Shown here: piece by piece, positions 47,062-56,338 of the stretch | Layout of the letters: each line of letters starts with the position of its first letter | How positions within the stretch are numbered: the first letter of the stretch is position 1 | NCBI GenBank assembly: GCA_012512925.1 | Contig: JAAZDE010000119.1 | Location: 299 to 64,298, forward strand | Length of the DNA stretch: 64,000 nucleotides | Direction: 5' to 3' | Source: Desulfuromonadaceae bacterium | GTDB taxonomy: Bacteria > Desulfobacterota > Desulfuromonadia > Desulfuromonadales > JAAYDE01 | The notes under the pieces: model-generated | Databases searched by the model: none | What the model was told of the DNA's origin: nothing | Seen by the model: only the letters and a program-made list of their open reading frames with translations | Made by a program: the position numbers and the translations under genes

Positions 47062-47988
47062 TCAGATCTTGGTGGTTTTCGCTATTCCGAACAGGCCGGT
47101 CGGTTTCCACCACAGGATGATCAGCAATACCGAAAAGGCCATCAGGTCGCGCAGGGTGGAAGGGAACACCGCGACCACGCCGATTTCCACGAAGGCGAGC
47201 AGAAATCCGCCCAGAAAGGCGCCGCGGATATCCCCGATACCGCCGACCACGGCGGCGATGAAGGCCTTCCAGCCGATCAGCGCGCCCATGTAAGGTTCGA
47301 GGATCGGATAGCTCATGGCGAAGAGGAGGCCGGCCAGCCCGGCGAATCCCGAACCGAGGACAAAGGTGAAGACGATGATGTTGTTGATGGGGATGCCCAT
47401 GAGCGGAATGGCGAACTTGTCATAGCTGATGGCGCGCATGGCCATGCCGGTTTTGGTCCGGGTGACCACGAACTGGAGCAGGAAAAACACCACGAAGGCG
47501 GTGAAGATGACCAGCACCTTCAGGTTGGTCACCGAAATGTTGCCGAAGGTCCAGATTGTTTTCTCCAGCAGCTCGGGGAATTTTTTGCGGCTGGCTCCGA
47601 GCAGGGCCAGATTGCCGTTTTCCAGGATCAAGCCGCACATCAGGGCGGTGATCACCACGTACAGACGGTGGGCGCCTTTGTTGCGCAGCGGACGGTAGGC
47701 GATTCTTTCCAGAGTGACCCCGACCAGGGAGGTCAGAATCATGGTCAGGGGAACGGCCAGCATCAGGATCGTGGCGCCGGTGAGGGTTCCGGGGGCGATC
47801 ACCCCGTATTGTCCCAGAAGGAAGGTGGTCAGAAAAAAGGCGATATAGGCGCCGACCATGAAAACGTCGCCGTGGGCGAAGTTGATCAGCAGCAGCACCC
47901 CGTAGACCAGCGTGTAGCCCAGGGCGATCAGGGCGTAGAAACTTCCCCACTGGAGAGCATTGAAGATGTTCTGGATAAGGATTTCCAC
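47062..47988 (-). CDS. livH: Branched-chain amino acid ABC transporter permease
   Basis: MEILIQNIFNALQWGSFYALIALGYTLVYGVLLLINFAHGDVFMVGAY is a classic LivH N-terminus. Confidence 0.88.
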   Translation of the reverse strand: MEILIQNIFNALQWGSFYALIALGYTLVYGVLLLINFAHGDVFMVGAYIAFFLTTFLLGQYGVIAPGTLTGATILMLAVPLTMILTSLVGVTLERIAYRPLRNKGAHRLYVVITALMCGLILENGNLALLGASRKKFPELLEKTIWTFGNISVTNLKVLVIFTAFVVFFLLQFVVTRTKTGMAMRAISYDKFAIPLMGIPINNIIVFTFVLGSGFAGLAGLLFAMSYPILEPYMGALIGWKAFIAAVVGGIGDIRGAFLGGFLLAFVEIGVVAVFPSTLRDLMAFSVLLIILWWKPTGLFGIAKTTKI

Positions 47989-48140
47989 TGACTACCTCCG
48001 GAATGCCGGCAGACCGCCGCGGAAGGAACAGGGCATGAAAAGCTTTTCGATCGCCTCTGGTTTCCCCCCGGTCACCAAAAGCGGCGGGGGAGAGTTTCCC
48101 CCGCCGCTTCGATGGACATCAGCCGCGATTCTGTTTCCGC

Positions 48141-49301
48141 CTAGGGGCAGACCTGTTCGGTGAAAACGAATTCTCCCTTTTCACTGATGCGGACCACCAC
48201 GGCGCATTTGATGGGGTCTCCCTGATCATTGAACTTCATGTTGCCGGTGATGCCCGGAAACTCGGGAATGGCGGCGAGGGCGTCGCGGATCGCCTTGCGC
48301 TGTTTTTTGACGTTCTTGTCGATCTTGCCGACATCCTGAATGGCCTTGAGAATGAGATTGGTGGCATCCCAGGTCAGCGCCGCCACGTCGTCGGGGGTGT
48401 AGCCGTATTTGGCGGTGTAGCGGTCGATGAACTCTTTGGTGGCCCCGGTGGCGCCGGCGGCGGCGTAGTGGGTAGAGAAGTAGTGGCCGATGCAATCATT
48501 GCCGCAGAGTTCCATCAACTCGGCGCTGCCCCAGGCGTCCGAGCCCATGAAAGGGCCTTTCCAGCCGAGATCGTGGGCCTGCTTGACGATCAGGGCGACC
48601 TGGTTGTAGTTGTTGGGGATGAAGATGAAATCGGGTTTGGCGGCGATGATCTTGGTCAGCTGGGCCGAAAAATCCTGGTCCTTGGTGCCGTGGGATTCAA
48701 AGGCGACCACGGAGCCGGCGCCCATCTTCTTCTCCCATTCGCTGCGGAAGATTTCCGCCAGTCCCTTGGCGTAGTCGTTGGAGATGTCGAAAATGACCGC
48801 GGAGGTCTTGGCGTTGAAGGTTTTGGCGGCGAAGTTGACGGCCACCGGGCCCTGGAACGGGTCGAGGAAGGCGGCGCGGAAGACCCAGGGACGGTTCAGG
48901 GTGGCGTCGGGATTGGTGGACCAGGGGGAAATCATGGGGGTCCGGTTGTCATCGCAGGTTCCCCCCGCCGGAACGGCCTGCTTGGAGGAGTTGGGACCGA
49001 CGATGGCCAGTACCTGGTCCCGTTCGATCAGCTTCAGGGCCACGTTGACGGCCGAATCAGCCTTGGATTCATTGTCTTCATAGATGAACTCGAGCGGATA
49101 TTTCTTCCCGCCCACATCGAGGCCCCCTTTGGCGTTGACATCCTCCTTGAGCATTTCGGCGGCGAGTTTGGAGGATTCCCCTACTTTGGGGATGTCGCCG
49201 GTCAGAGGAAGGTTGAAGCCGATTTTCAGCGGCTCGGCCGCTATCGCCGCGCTGCTGAGGAGAAAAAGGACTGATACCAGAGTCAGAACGATTTTCTTCA
49301 T
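48141..49301 (-). CDS. livK: Periplasmic amino-acid (Leu/Ile/Val-type) ABC substrate-binding protein
   Basis: Signal peptide MKKIVLTLVSVLFLLSSAAIAAEP followed by PLKIGFNLPLTGDIPKVGESSK...AIVGPNSS, a type I periplasmic binding fold. It is the first gene of the liv-like operon. Confidence 0.85.
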   Translation of the reverse strand: MKKIVLTLVSVLFLLSSAAIAAEPLKIGFNLPLTGDIPKVGESSKLAAEMLKEDVNAKGGLDVGGKKYPLEFIYEDNESKADSAVNVALKLIERDQVLAIVGPNSSKQAVPAGGTCDDNRTPMISPWSTNPDATLNRPWVFRAAFLDPFQGPVAVNFAAKTFNAKTSAVIFDISNDYAKGLAEIFRSEWEKKMGAGSVVAFESHGTKDQDFSAQLTKIIAAKPDFIFIPNNYNQVALIVKQAHDLGWKGPFMGSDAWGSAELMELCGNDCIGHYFSTHYAAAGATGATKEFIDRYTAKYGYTPDDVAALTWDATNLILKAIQDVGKIDKNVKKQRKAIRDALAAIPEFPGITGNMKFNDQGDPIKCAVVVRISEKGEFVFTEQVCP

Positions 49302-49521
49302 AGTGTCTCCCTCGAAAAAAGAATGAGAATCAAAATCTTCGACGACTTCCCTGCCAAATCAGGTTTTCCCCAAAAAATTCCTTTGTATATATGACAAAAT
49401 CAAGCGAATTTTAAAGAAAAAAAAAATTAAAGTAAGCAAAAAAAAAGAGAATCGATCCGGCATCCCCCGCAGGGGAGGTTCTCCGGGGACCTTTTGCCCC
49501 CGGGTGAAAAAGTATTTCCTC

Positions 49522-49550
49522 TTGACAGCAAAGGCGAGGAGGAATAAAAC
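49522..49550 (+). promoter_or_regulatory. Candidate sigma-70 promoter of tetR/RND operon
   Basis: TTGACA (49522-49527), 17-nt spacer, TAAAAC (49545-49550). Confidence 0.45.
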
Positions 49551-49555
49551 TCGAT

Positions 49556-49583
49556 CGGAGTGAATGTTCACTCCGTTTTTTTT
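49556..49583 (+). promoter_or_regulatory. Perfect 20-bp palindrome plus T8: TetR-type operator and/or leader terminator
   Basis: CGGAGTGAATGTTCACTCCG (49556-49575) is perfectly self-complementary and is followed directly by TTTTTTTT (49576-49583). It lies between the putative -10 and the RBS AAGGAGG of the GTG start at 49604. Confidence 0.6.
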
Positions 49584-49603
49584 GAGGAGCAAGGAGGTTT
49601 CTC

Positions 49604-50173
49604 GTGAGCCGTCAGGCCGACAAGCGGACCGCCATTCTTCGGGCCACGCTCAAACTCATAGCCGAGCACGGCTTTCACGGCGCCCCGACCTCGATGATCG
49701 CCGAGCGGGCCGGTGTCGGCGTCGGCACCATCTACCGCTATTTCAGGGACAAGGAAGAACTGATCCACACCCTGTACGAAGAACTGGAGGCCAGGCACCG
49801 GGCCTTCGTCATGCAGGGCTACGAAGAGAACGGGCCGATCAGGGATCGTTTTTATCATCTGTGCCGCAACATTTACCGCTATCTTCTGGCCAATCCCCTG
49901 GAGTTCCGATTTCTCGAGCAGTATTTCGATTCCCCCTACGGCGTGGCCAAGATGAGGCAGAAACTGGAAAGCGCCGGCGAGCCCTTTCACGCCCTGCTGA
50001 AAGAGGGCAAGCAGCAGGGGATCGTCAAGGATTTGCCGACGTTGCTGCTCTTCGGTCTGATCTTCGGGCCGATGATCAACGTTATCAAGGATCACGATTC
50101 GGGGCTTCTGCCGCTGAATGACGTTCTTGTCGACCAGGTAATCCGGGCGACCTGGGACGCCATCCAAAGATAA
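49604..50173 (+). CDS. TetR/AcrR-family transcriptional repressor
   Basis: GTG start after AAGGAGG. HTH region RTAILRATLKLIAEHGFHGAPTSMIAERAGVGVGTIYRYFRDKEELI. Confidence 0.88.
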   Translation: MSRQADKRTAILRATLKLIAEHGFHGAPTSMIAERAGVGVGTIYRYFRDKEELIHTLYEELEARHRAFVMQGYEENGPIRDRFYHLCRNIYRYLLANPLEFRFLEQYFDSPYGVAKMRQKLESAGEPFHALLKEGKQQGIVKDLPTLLLFGLIFGPMINVIKDHDSGLLPLNDVLVDQVIRATWDAIQR

Positions 50174-50273
50174 AAAATTTTTCCTTCGAAATGTAAAATG
50201 GGTTAACCTTAAAAATTCGTCCGCATGTGGTTAATGAGGGCGGAAAATATTTGAAGTTTGTGGAGGTTTTTCG

Positions 50274-51503
50274 ATGCAGCGCAGTGAAACGGGTTGTTGT
50301 CTGTTGCAAGGGTTTGTGATTCCGCTGATTCTGGGAACCGTTTTCGTTCTGGCCGGCTGCGACCGTCAGCCCCAAGCCGGTCCTCCCCCCGCCGTCCCCG
50401 AAGTGGCCGTGATGACGGTGGCCGCCCGGGCGGTGGCGCTGAACACCGAATTGCCCGGGCGCACGGCGGCCTTCCGCGTCGCCGAGATTCGTCCCCAGGT
50501 CAACGGCTTGATCCAAAAGCGGCTGTTCACCGAAGGGTCCGACGTCAAAGTGGGGGAAGTGCTCTACCAGATCGATCCCGCCCCCTTCAAGGCGGCCCTG
50601 GACAATGCCAGGGCGGCTCTGGGCAAGGCCGAGGCCAATCTGCCCGCCCTCCGCCTGCGGGTCGAACGATACCGGGGTCTGCTGGCGGAGAAAGCGGTCA
50701 GTCAGCAGGAATTCGATGATGCCGACGCGGCGCTGAAACAGGCCGAAGCGGAGATCCGCTTTGGCCAGGCGGCGGTGGAAACGGCCAGGATCAATCTGAA
50801 TTACACGCGCATCACGGCTCCCATCCCCGGCCGCATCGGCCGCTCCAACGTGACCGACGGGGCTCTGGTGGGGGCCTATCAGGCCATGGCCCTGACCACC
50901 ATTCAGCAGCTCGATCCCATCTATGTCGATGTGACCCAATCCACGGCCGAACTTCTTCGCCTGCGGCGCAGTCTGGCCGAGGGACGTCTCAACCAGAATG
51001 GCAAAGGACAGCGGAAGGTCCGGCTGATTCTGGAGGATGGCACGTTCTATCCCCTGGAAGGAATCCTCCAGTTCCGAGACGTGACGGTGGACCCGACCAC
51101 CGGTTCCGTGATCCTGCGGGTGTTGGTTCCCAATCCGGAAGGGATTCTGCTGCCGGGAATGTTCGTCCGCACCCTGCTCCGGGAAGGCGTCAGCGACCAG
51201 GCCATTCTCATTCCCCAGCAGGCTGTGTCCCGCGATTCCAAGGGAAATCCCCAGGCACTGATCGTGGATGACGACGGCAAGGCGGCGCAGCGGACGCTGA
51301 CCATCGATCGGGCCGTCGGCGACCAATGGCTGATTACCTCGGGGATTCAGCCCGGCGACCGGATCATCGTCGAAGGCATCCAAAAGATCCGCCCCGGGGG
51401 CGCCGTCAAAACGATTCCCTTTGCAAAGGATGCCGCGAAAGAGGAAGGGCCCCCGACAGGTAGCCCCCGGCCGGCGGCGGAACGCGGGAACGGAGGCGCC
51501 TGA
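50274..51503 (+). CDS. RND efflux periplasmic adaptor (MFP) lipoprotein, AcrA/MexA-like
   Basis: Lipobox VLAGC. RVAEIRPQVNGLIQKRLFTEGSDVKVGEVLYQIDPAPF, INLNYTRITAPIPGRIGRS. The stop overlaps the RND start (TGATG). Confidence 0.9.
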   Translation: MQRSETGCCLLQGFVIPLILGTVFVLAGCDRQPQAGPPPAVPEVAVMTVAARAVALNTELPGRTAAFRVAEIRPQVNGLIQKRLFTEGSDVKVGEVLYQIDPAPFKAALDNARAALGKAEANLPALRLRVERYRGLLAEKAVSQQEFDDADAALKQAEAEIRFGQAAVETARINLNYTRITAPIPGRIGRSNVTDGALVGAYQAMALTTIQQLDPIYVDVTQSTAELLRLRRSLAEGRLNQNGKGQRKVRLILEDGTFYPLEGILQFRDVTVDPTTGSVILRVLVPNPEGILLPGMFVRTLLREGVSDQAILIPQQAVSRDSKGNPQALIVDDDGKAAQRTLTIDRAVGDQWLITSGIQPGDRIIVEGIQKIRPGGAVKTIPFAKDAAKEEGPPTGSPRPAAERGNGGA

Positions 51504-54500
51504 TGCTGTCCAAATTCTTCCTGGAGCGGCCCGTTTTCGCCTGGGTCATCGCCATCATCATCATGCTGCTGGGCGGCCTGGCTATCTACAACCTGCCTAT
51601 CTCCCAGTATCCCCCCATCGCCCCGCCGTCGATCTACATCCAGTCCTTCTATCCGGGGGCTTCGGCGGAAACGGTGGAAAACAGCGTCACCCAGATCATC
51701 GAACAGAAGATGACCGGTCTCGACCAGATGATCTACCTTTCCGCCACCAGCGATTCGGCCGGGGCCTCCCGGCTGGAGCTGACCTTCGCACCGGGCACCG
51801 ACGTCGATCTGGCCTGGTCCAAGGTGCAGAACAAGCTGCAGCTGGCCATGGCCAGCCTTCCCGAGGTGGTGCAGCGCCAGGGGGTCACCGTCGGCAAGGC
51901 GACCCGCAACTATCTGCTGATCGTCGGCCTGATCTCGGAAGACGGCAGCATGGACGGCCATGACCTGCGGGACTATGCCCAGTCCAACCTGGAGAAAGTG
52001 CTGGCGCGGGTGCCGGGGGTCGGCGAGGTGGAGAGTTTCGGCTCCCAGTATGCCATGCGCATCTGGCTCAATCCCGACCGCCTGACCGATTACCAGTTGA
52101 CCATCGAGGATGTCATCGCCGCGCTCCAATCCTACAACGTCGAGGTCTCCGCCGGACAGTTCGGCGGCGCGCCGGCGGTGCCGGGGCAGCGCCTCAACAC
52201 ATCCATCATCGTCCAGAGTCTGCTGAAAACGCCGGATGAGTTTGCCGGGGTCCCCCTGCGCATCAATCCCGACGGCTCCATCGTCCGTGTCAAGGACGTG
52301 GGCAGGACGGAACTGGGCACCGATTCCTACAGTATCGAGGCCTTCTACAACGGCAAGCCTTCCGCGGCCATGGCCATCCGCCAGGCCGCCGGAGCCAACG
52401 CCCTCGACACGGCCGACGCGGTCAAGGCCAAGCTGGAGGAATTGAGCCGATACTTTCCGGCCGGTATGAAGGTCGTTTATCCCTACGACACCACCCCCTT
52501 CATCGAGGTCGCCATCGACGGGGTGGTGAGGACCTTGTTCGAGGCGGTACTGCTCGTCTTTCTCATCATGTGGCTGTTTATGGGGAATTTCCGCGCCACG
52601 CTGATCCCGACCATCGCCGTCCCGGTGGTTCTGCTGGGGACCTTCGCGGTGCTCGGCTTCTTCGGTTTTTCCATCAACATGCTGACCATGTTCGCCATGG
52701 TGCTGTCCATCGGCCTGCTGGTGGACGACGCCATCGTCGTGGTGGAGAACGTGGAGCGGATCATGAGCGAGGAGGGTCTGCCGCCCAAGGAGGCCACCGC
52801 CAAGTCGATGGAGCAGATCACCAGCGCCCTCATCGGCATCGGCCTGGTGCTGTCGGCGGTTTTCGGTCCCATGGCCTTTTTCGGCGGTTCGACGGGGGTG
52901 ATCTACCGGCAATTTTCGGTGACCATCATCTCCTCCATGCTGCTGTCGGTGGTGGTGGCCCTGATCCTCACTCCGGTTCTGTGCGCCACCTTCCTCAAGC
53001 CGATAAAACCAGGGCATGAGCCCGCCGACAACGCGATCTTTTTCCTGCGCCCCTTCTTCCGCTGGTTCGACAGGGTTTTTGCCGGTCTGCGCCGGAGATA
53101 TGTCGGCATGGTGGAGAGGTCCTTCTCGCGCAAGCTGCACTATTTCGTTGTTTACGTCATCATTGTCGCCGCCGTCGGTTTCCTCTTCATGCGCCTGCCG
53201 ACCTCCTACGTTCCCGATGAGGACCAGGGCATCATGAACGCCCAGATCATGCTGCCGACGGGGTCCACGCTGGAGCAGACCAGAAAGGTGGCCGAAAAGA
53301 TCCAGGATCACTTCCAGCAGAACGAAAAGGAAGCGGTGGCCTCCACCCTCATGATCTGCGGCGTCGGTTTCTCCGGCCGGGCGCAGAACAACGGCATGGT
53401 CTTCATCAAGCTCAAGGACTGGGAACTGCGGGATCGTCCCGACCTGAAGGTGAAGGCCATCGTCGGCAGGGCGATGAAGGTCTTTTCCCAGGTTCGCGAG
53501 GCGCAGGTCTTCGCCTTCGCGCCCCCTTCCGTCATCGAATTGGGGAACGCCACCGGTTTCGATCTGCAACTGGTCGACAGGGGCGGCATCGGCCATAAAA
53601 AAATGATGGAGGACCGCAACCGGCTTCTCGGCATGGCCGCCCAGGACCCGCGGCTGGTTCGCGTCCGCCCCAACGGCATGGAGGACGTTCCCGAATACCG
53701 GGTCGATGTGGACTGGGAAAGAGCGGGCGCTTTGGGGATTCCCATCAACTCCATTCACAACACCATTTCCGCCTCCTTCGGCAGCGCCTACGTCAACGAC
53801 TTCATTCAGGCGGGCCGCGTCAAGCGGGTGTACGTCCAGGCCGACGCCCCCTATCGGATGCTGCCCAAGGATCTGGAAGAGCTCTATGTCCGCAACACGG
53901 AAGGGAAGATGGTCCCCTATGCCTCTTTCGCCTCCTCCTACTGGACCACCGGGTCGCCCCGCCTCGAACGTTTCAACGGCTTCCCTTCCATGAACATCTG
54001 GGGGGAGCCGGCGCCGGGCAAGAGTTCCGGCGAGGCGATGGCGGCCATGGAGGAGATGATCGGCAAGCTGCCTCCGGGCATCGGCTACGAATGGAGCGGA
54101 CTCTCCTATCAGGAACGGATGTCGAGTTCCCAGGCGCCGCTGCTGTACGCTTTTTCCATCATCGTCATCTTCCTCTGCGTGGCGGCTCTCTATGAAAGCT
54201 GGCCGATCCCCATCGCCAACCTGCTGATGCTGCCGCTGGGGGTCTTCGGCGCGGCGCTGGCCACCACCATGCGGGGGATGCATAACGACGTCTATTTCCA
54301 GATCGGTTTTCTCACCACCCTGGGCTTGACGACCAAGAACGCCATCCTCATCATCCAGTTCGCCAGAGAGCGGCTGAAGCATGGGGAAGGGCTGATCGAG
54401 GCGACGCTGGGCGCCGCCGGGGTGCGGCTGCGGCCGGTCATCATGACCTCGCTGGCTTTCTTTTTCGGCGTTCTGCCTTTGGCTATCGCCTCCGGCGCCG

Positions 54501-54682
54501 GCGCCGGCGCCATGAACGCCATCGGCACCGCCGTGGCCGGCGGCATGCTGTCGGCCACCTTCATCGACCTTTTCTATATTCCGCTGCTGTTCGTCGTCGT
54601 CTCCCGCCTTTTCGGTGTGGAAAGAAAAGGCGCGGCGCTGAGCAGTCACCAGGATTCCCCGGTTTCCCAGGAGAAGCAATGA
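51503..54682 (+). CDS. RND (HAE1) multidrug efflux permease, AcrB/MexB-like
   Basis: MLSKFFLERPVFAWVIAIIIMLLGGLAIYNLPISQYPPIAPPSIYIQSFYPGASAETVENSVTQIIEQ. 1059 aa with twelve-TM duplicated architecture. Confidence 0.95.
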   Translation: MLSKFFLERPVFAWVIAIIIMLLGGLAIYNLPISQYPPIAPPSIYIQSFYPGASAETVENSVTQIIEQKMTGLDQMIYLSATSDSAGASRLELTFAPGTDVDLAWSKVQNKLQLAMASLPEVVQRQGVTVGKATRNYLLIVGLISEDGSMDGHDLRDYAQSNLEKVLARVPGVGEVESFGSQYAMRIWLNPDRLTDYQLTIEDVIAALQSYNVEVSAGQFGGAPAVPGQRLNTSIIVQSLLKTPDEFAGVPLRINPDGSIVRVKDVGRTELGTDSYSIEAFYNGKPSAAMAIRQAAGANALDTADAVKAKLEELSRYFPAGMKVVYPYDTTPFIEVAIDGVVRTLFEAVLLVFLIMWLFMGNFRATLIPTIAVPVVLLGTFAVLGFFGFSINMLTMFAMVLSIGLLVDDAIVVVENVERIMSEEGLPPKEATAKSMEQITSALIGIGLVLSAVFGPMAFFGGSTGVIYRQFSVTIISSMLLSVVVALILTPVLCATFLKPIKPGHEPADNAIFFLRPFFRWFDRVFAGLRRRYVGMVERSFSRKLHYFVVYVIIVAAVGFLFMRLPTSYVPDEDQGIMNAQIMLPTGSTLEQTRKVAEKIQDHFQQNEKEAVASTLMICGVGFSGRAQNNGMVFIKLKDWELRDRPDLKVKAIVGRAMKVFSQVREAQVFAFAPPSVIELGNATGFDLQLVDRGGIGHKKMMEDRNRLLGMAAQDPRLVRVRPNGMEDVPEYRVDVDWERAGALGIPINSIHNTISASFGSAYVNDFIQAGRVKRVYVQADAPYRMLPKDLEELYVRNTEGKMVPYASFASSYWTTGSPRLERFNGFPSMNIWGEPAPGKSSGEAMAAMEEMIGKLPPGIGYEWSGLSYQERMSSSQAPLLYAFSIIVIFLCVAALYESWPIPIANLLMLPLGVFGAALATTMRGMHNDVYFQIGFLTTLGLTTKNAILIIQFARERLKHGEGLIEATLGAAGVRLRPVIMTSLAFFFGVLPLAIASGAGAGAMNAIGTAVAGGMLSATFIDLFYIPLLFVVVSRLFGVERKGAALSSHQDSPVSQEKQ

Positions 54683-54683
54683 T

Positions 54684-56126
54684 ATGACAAGGATACTTTT
54701 TGCCGCTCTGATTCTGTCCCTGTTTACGGCGGGCTGTACCCTGGCTCCCAAATACGAGGCGCCGGAACCCTCCGTCTCCGGCGCCTGGCCGAAAGGGGAG
54801 GCCTACGGCTACACCGGTCACGGGGGCGAAAGACCCTTCCCCCATGAACTGGGGTGGCGGGAATTCTTTACCGACCAGCGGCTGCGAAACGTCATCGAAC
54901 TGGCTCTGGCCAACAACCGCGATCTGCGCCTGGCGGCTCTCAATGTAGAGATGGCCCGGGCCATTTACGGCATTCAACGCGCCACCCTGTTCCCGGCCGT
55001 CGATGCGGTGGGCAGCGGCAGCAAGGCGCGGGTTCCGGCCGATCTGTCGCAAACGGGGAGGCGGATGACGGCGGAGCAGTACAGCGTCGATCTGGGCATC
55101 CTGTCCTGGGAGATCGATTTCTTCGGCCGCCTGCGCAGTCTCAAGGACCAGGCCCTGGAGGAATATCTAGCCAGCGAGCAGGGACGGCGGGGCGCCCAGG
55201 TGCTGCTCATCTCCGAGGTGGCCAACGTTTATCTGACCCTGGCCACGGATCGGGAGAATCTGCGTCTGACCCGATCCACCCTGGAAGCCCAGCAGGACTC
55301 CTACGACATGATCCGGCGGCGCTATGAAACCGGCCTGGCCTCGGAACTGGAATTGCGCCAGGCCCAGACCAGGGTGGATGTGGCCCGAAGGAACGCGGCC
55401 ATTTACACGCAAAGAACGGCCCAGGATGAAAACGCCCTCAATTTTCTGGCGGGAACCCAGGTGCCGGAGGAATTACTTCCGGAAGACCTGACCAGCGTCA
55501 CCCCCCCCAGGGAAATTTCCGTCGGAATCTCCTCCGAGGTCCTGCTGAACCGCCCCGACATTCTCCAGGCGGAGCATCTGCTCAAGGCGGCCAACGCCAA
55601 CATCGGCGCGGCGCGGGCCGCTTTCTTTCCGCGCATCTCGCTGACCGCCGCCATCGGCACCGCCAGCGCCGACCTGTCGGGCCTGTTCAAATCGGGATCG
55701 GGGACCTGGAGCTACGCTCCGCAGGTGGTCCTGCCGATTTTCGACCCGCGTCTCTTCCCGGCCCTGCGGGCCAGCAAGGTGGAGCGCCAGATGCTTCTGA
55801 CCCAGTACGAGAAATCGATCCAGGCGGCCTTCCGGGAAGTGGCCGATGTCCTCGCGGTCCGCGGCACGGTGGAGGACCAGCTGGCCGCCCAGCAGTCGCT
55901 GGTCGAAGCCACGGCGGTGACCTACAAGCTTTCCGACTCCCGTTACCGGATGGGGGTCGACAGCTACCTGGGGGTTCTCGACGCCCAGCGCTCCCTCTAT
56001 GCCGCCCAGCAGGAGCTCATCGTCATCCAGCTGAACCGGCTGGCCAACCAGATCCGGCTCTATTCGGCCCTTGGCGGCGGAGGAGACCTGGTCGATCCGG
56101 CGGACCAGACCGATCGGGCGCCATGA
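54684..56126 (+). CDS. Outer-membrane factor lipoprotein of RND pump (NodT/OprM family)
   Basis: Lipobox LFTAGCTLAPKY. WWREFFTDQRLRNVIELALANNRDLRLA and LYSALGGG are typical of the OprM/NodT family. Confidence 0.9.
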   Translation: MTRILFAALILSLFTAGCTLAPKYEAPEPSVSGAWPKGEAYGYTGHGGERPFPHELGWREFFTDQRLRNVIELALANNRDLRLAALNVEMARAIYGIQRATLFPAVDAVGSGSKARVPADLSQTGRRMTAEQYSVDLGILSWEIDFFGRLRSLKDQALEEYLASEQGRRGAQVLLISEVANVYLTLATDRENLRLTRSTLEAQQDSYDMIRRRYETGLASELELRQAQTRVDVARRNAAIYTQRTAQDENALNFLAGTQVPEELLPEDLTSVTPPREISVGISSEVLLNRPDILQAEHLLKAANANIGAARAAFFPRISLTAAIGTASADLSGLFKSGSGTWSYAPQVVLPIFDPRLFPALRASKVERQMLLTQYEKSIQAAFREVADVLAVRGTVEDQLAAQQSLVEATAVTYKLSDSRYRMGVDSYLGVLDAQRSLYAAQQELIVIQLNRLANQIRLYSALGGGGDLVDPADQTDRAP

Positions 56127-56256
56127 ATCCCGGCGTCTCCGTTCCGCTCGCCAGAAGGGCTCACTCCGGGCCGGAGGCAAGCCTCGAAACCTTTGCTCCA
56201 ACGGGGGGAAAATAGCCCCCATTAACCGATAACCAGAAATTAAAATGTAAAGTTTA

Positions 56257-56323
56257 TTACCAGTCACCAGTCACCAGTCACCAGTCACCAGTCACCAGTT
56301 ACCAGTCACCAGTCACCAGTTAC
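56257..56323 (+). repeat. Tandem heptanucleotide array, unit CCAGTCA (9 units; reverse complement of the 44242 array unit)
   Basis: CCAGTCA x5, CCAGTTA, CCAGTCA x2, CCAGTTA (56260-56322). The array ends 16 nt before the ATG at 56339. Confidence 0.95.
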
Positions 56324-56338
56324 AAAAGGATCCGGGAA

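Noticed and set aside
51347-54751. 1134-aa ORF on the minus strand, antisense to the RND permease. The same pattern applies to 57367..60132 (921 aa), 31236..33251 (671 aa), 28124..29740, 22226..23785, 23650..25101, 41607..42884, 43063..44088, 45751..47010, 3168..4427, 4470..5675, 50085..51383, 56306..57439, 60144..61400 and 62578..63981.
   Set aside because: Each lies exactly opposite a gene with strong family motifs. Their translations are low-complexity and rich in Gly, Arg, Asp, His, Pro and Gln, with no recognisable motifs. Long stop-free antisense frames are expected in GC-rich DNA.
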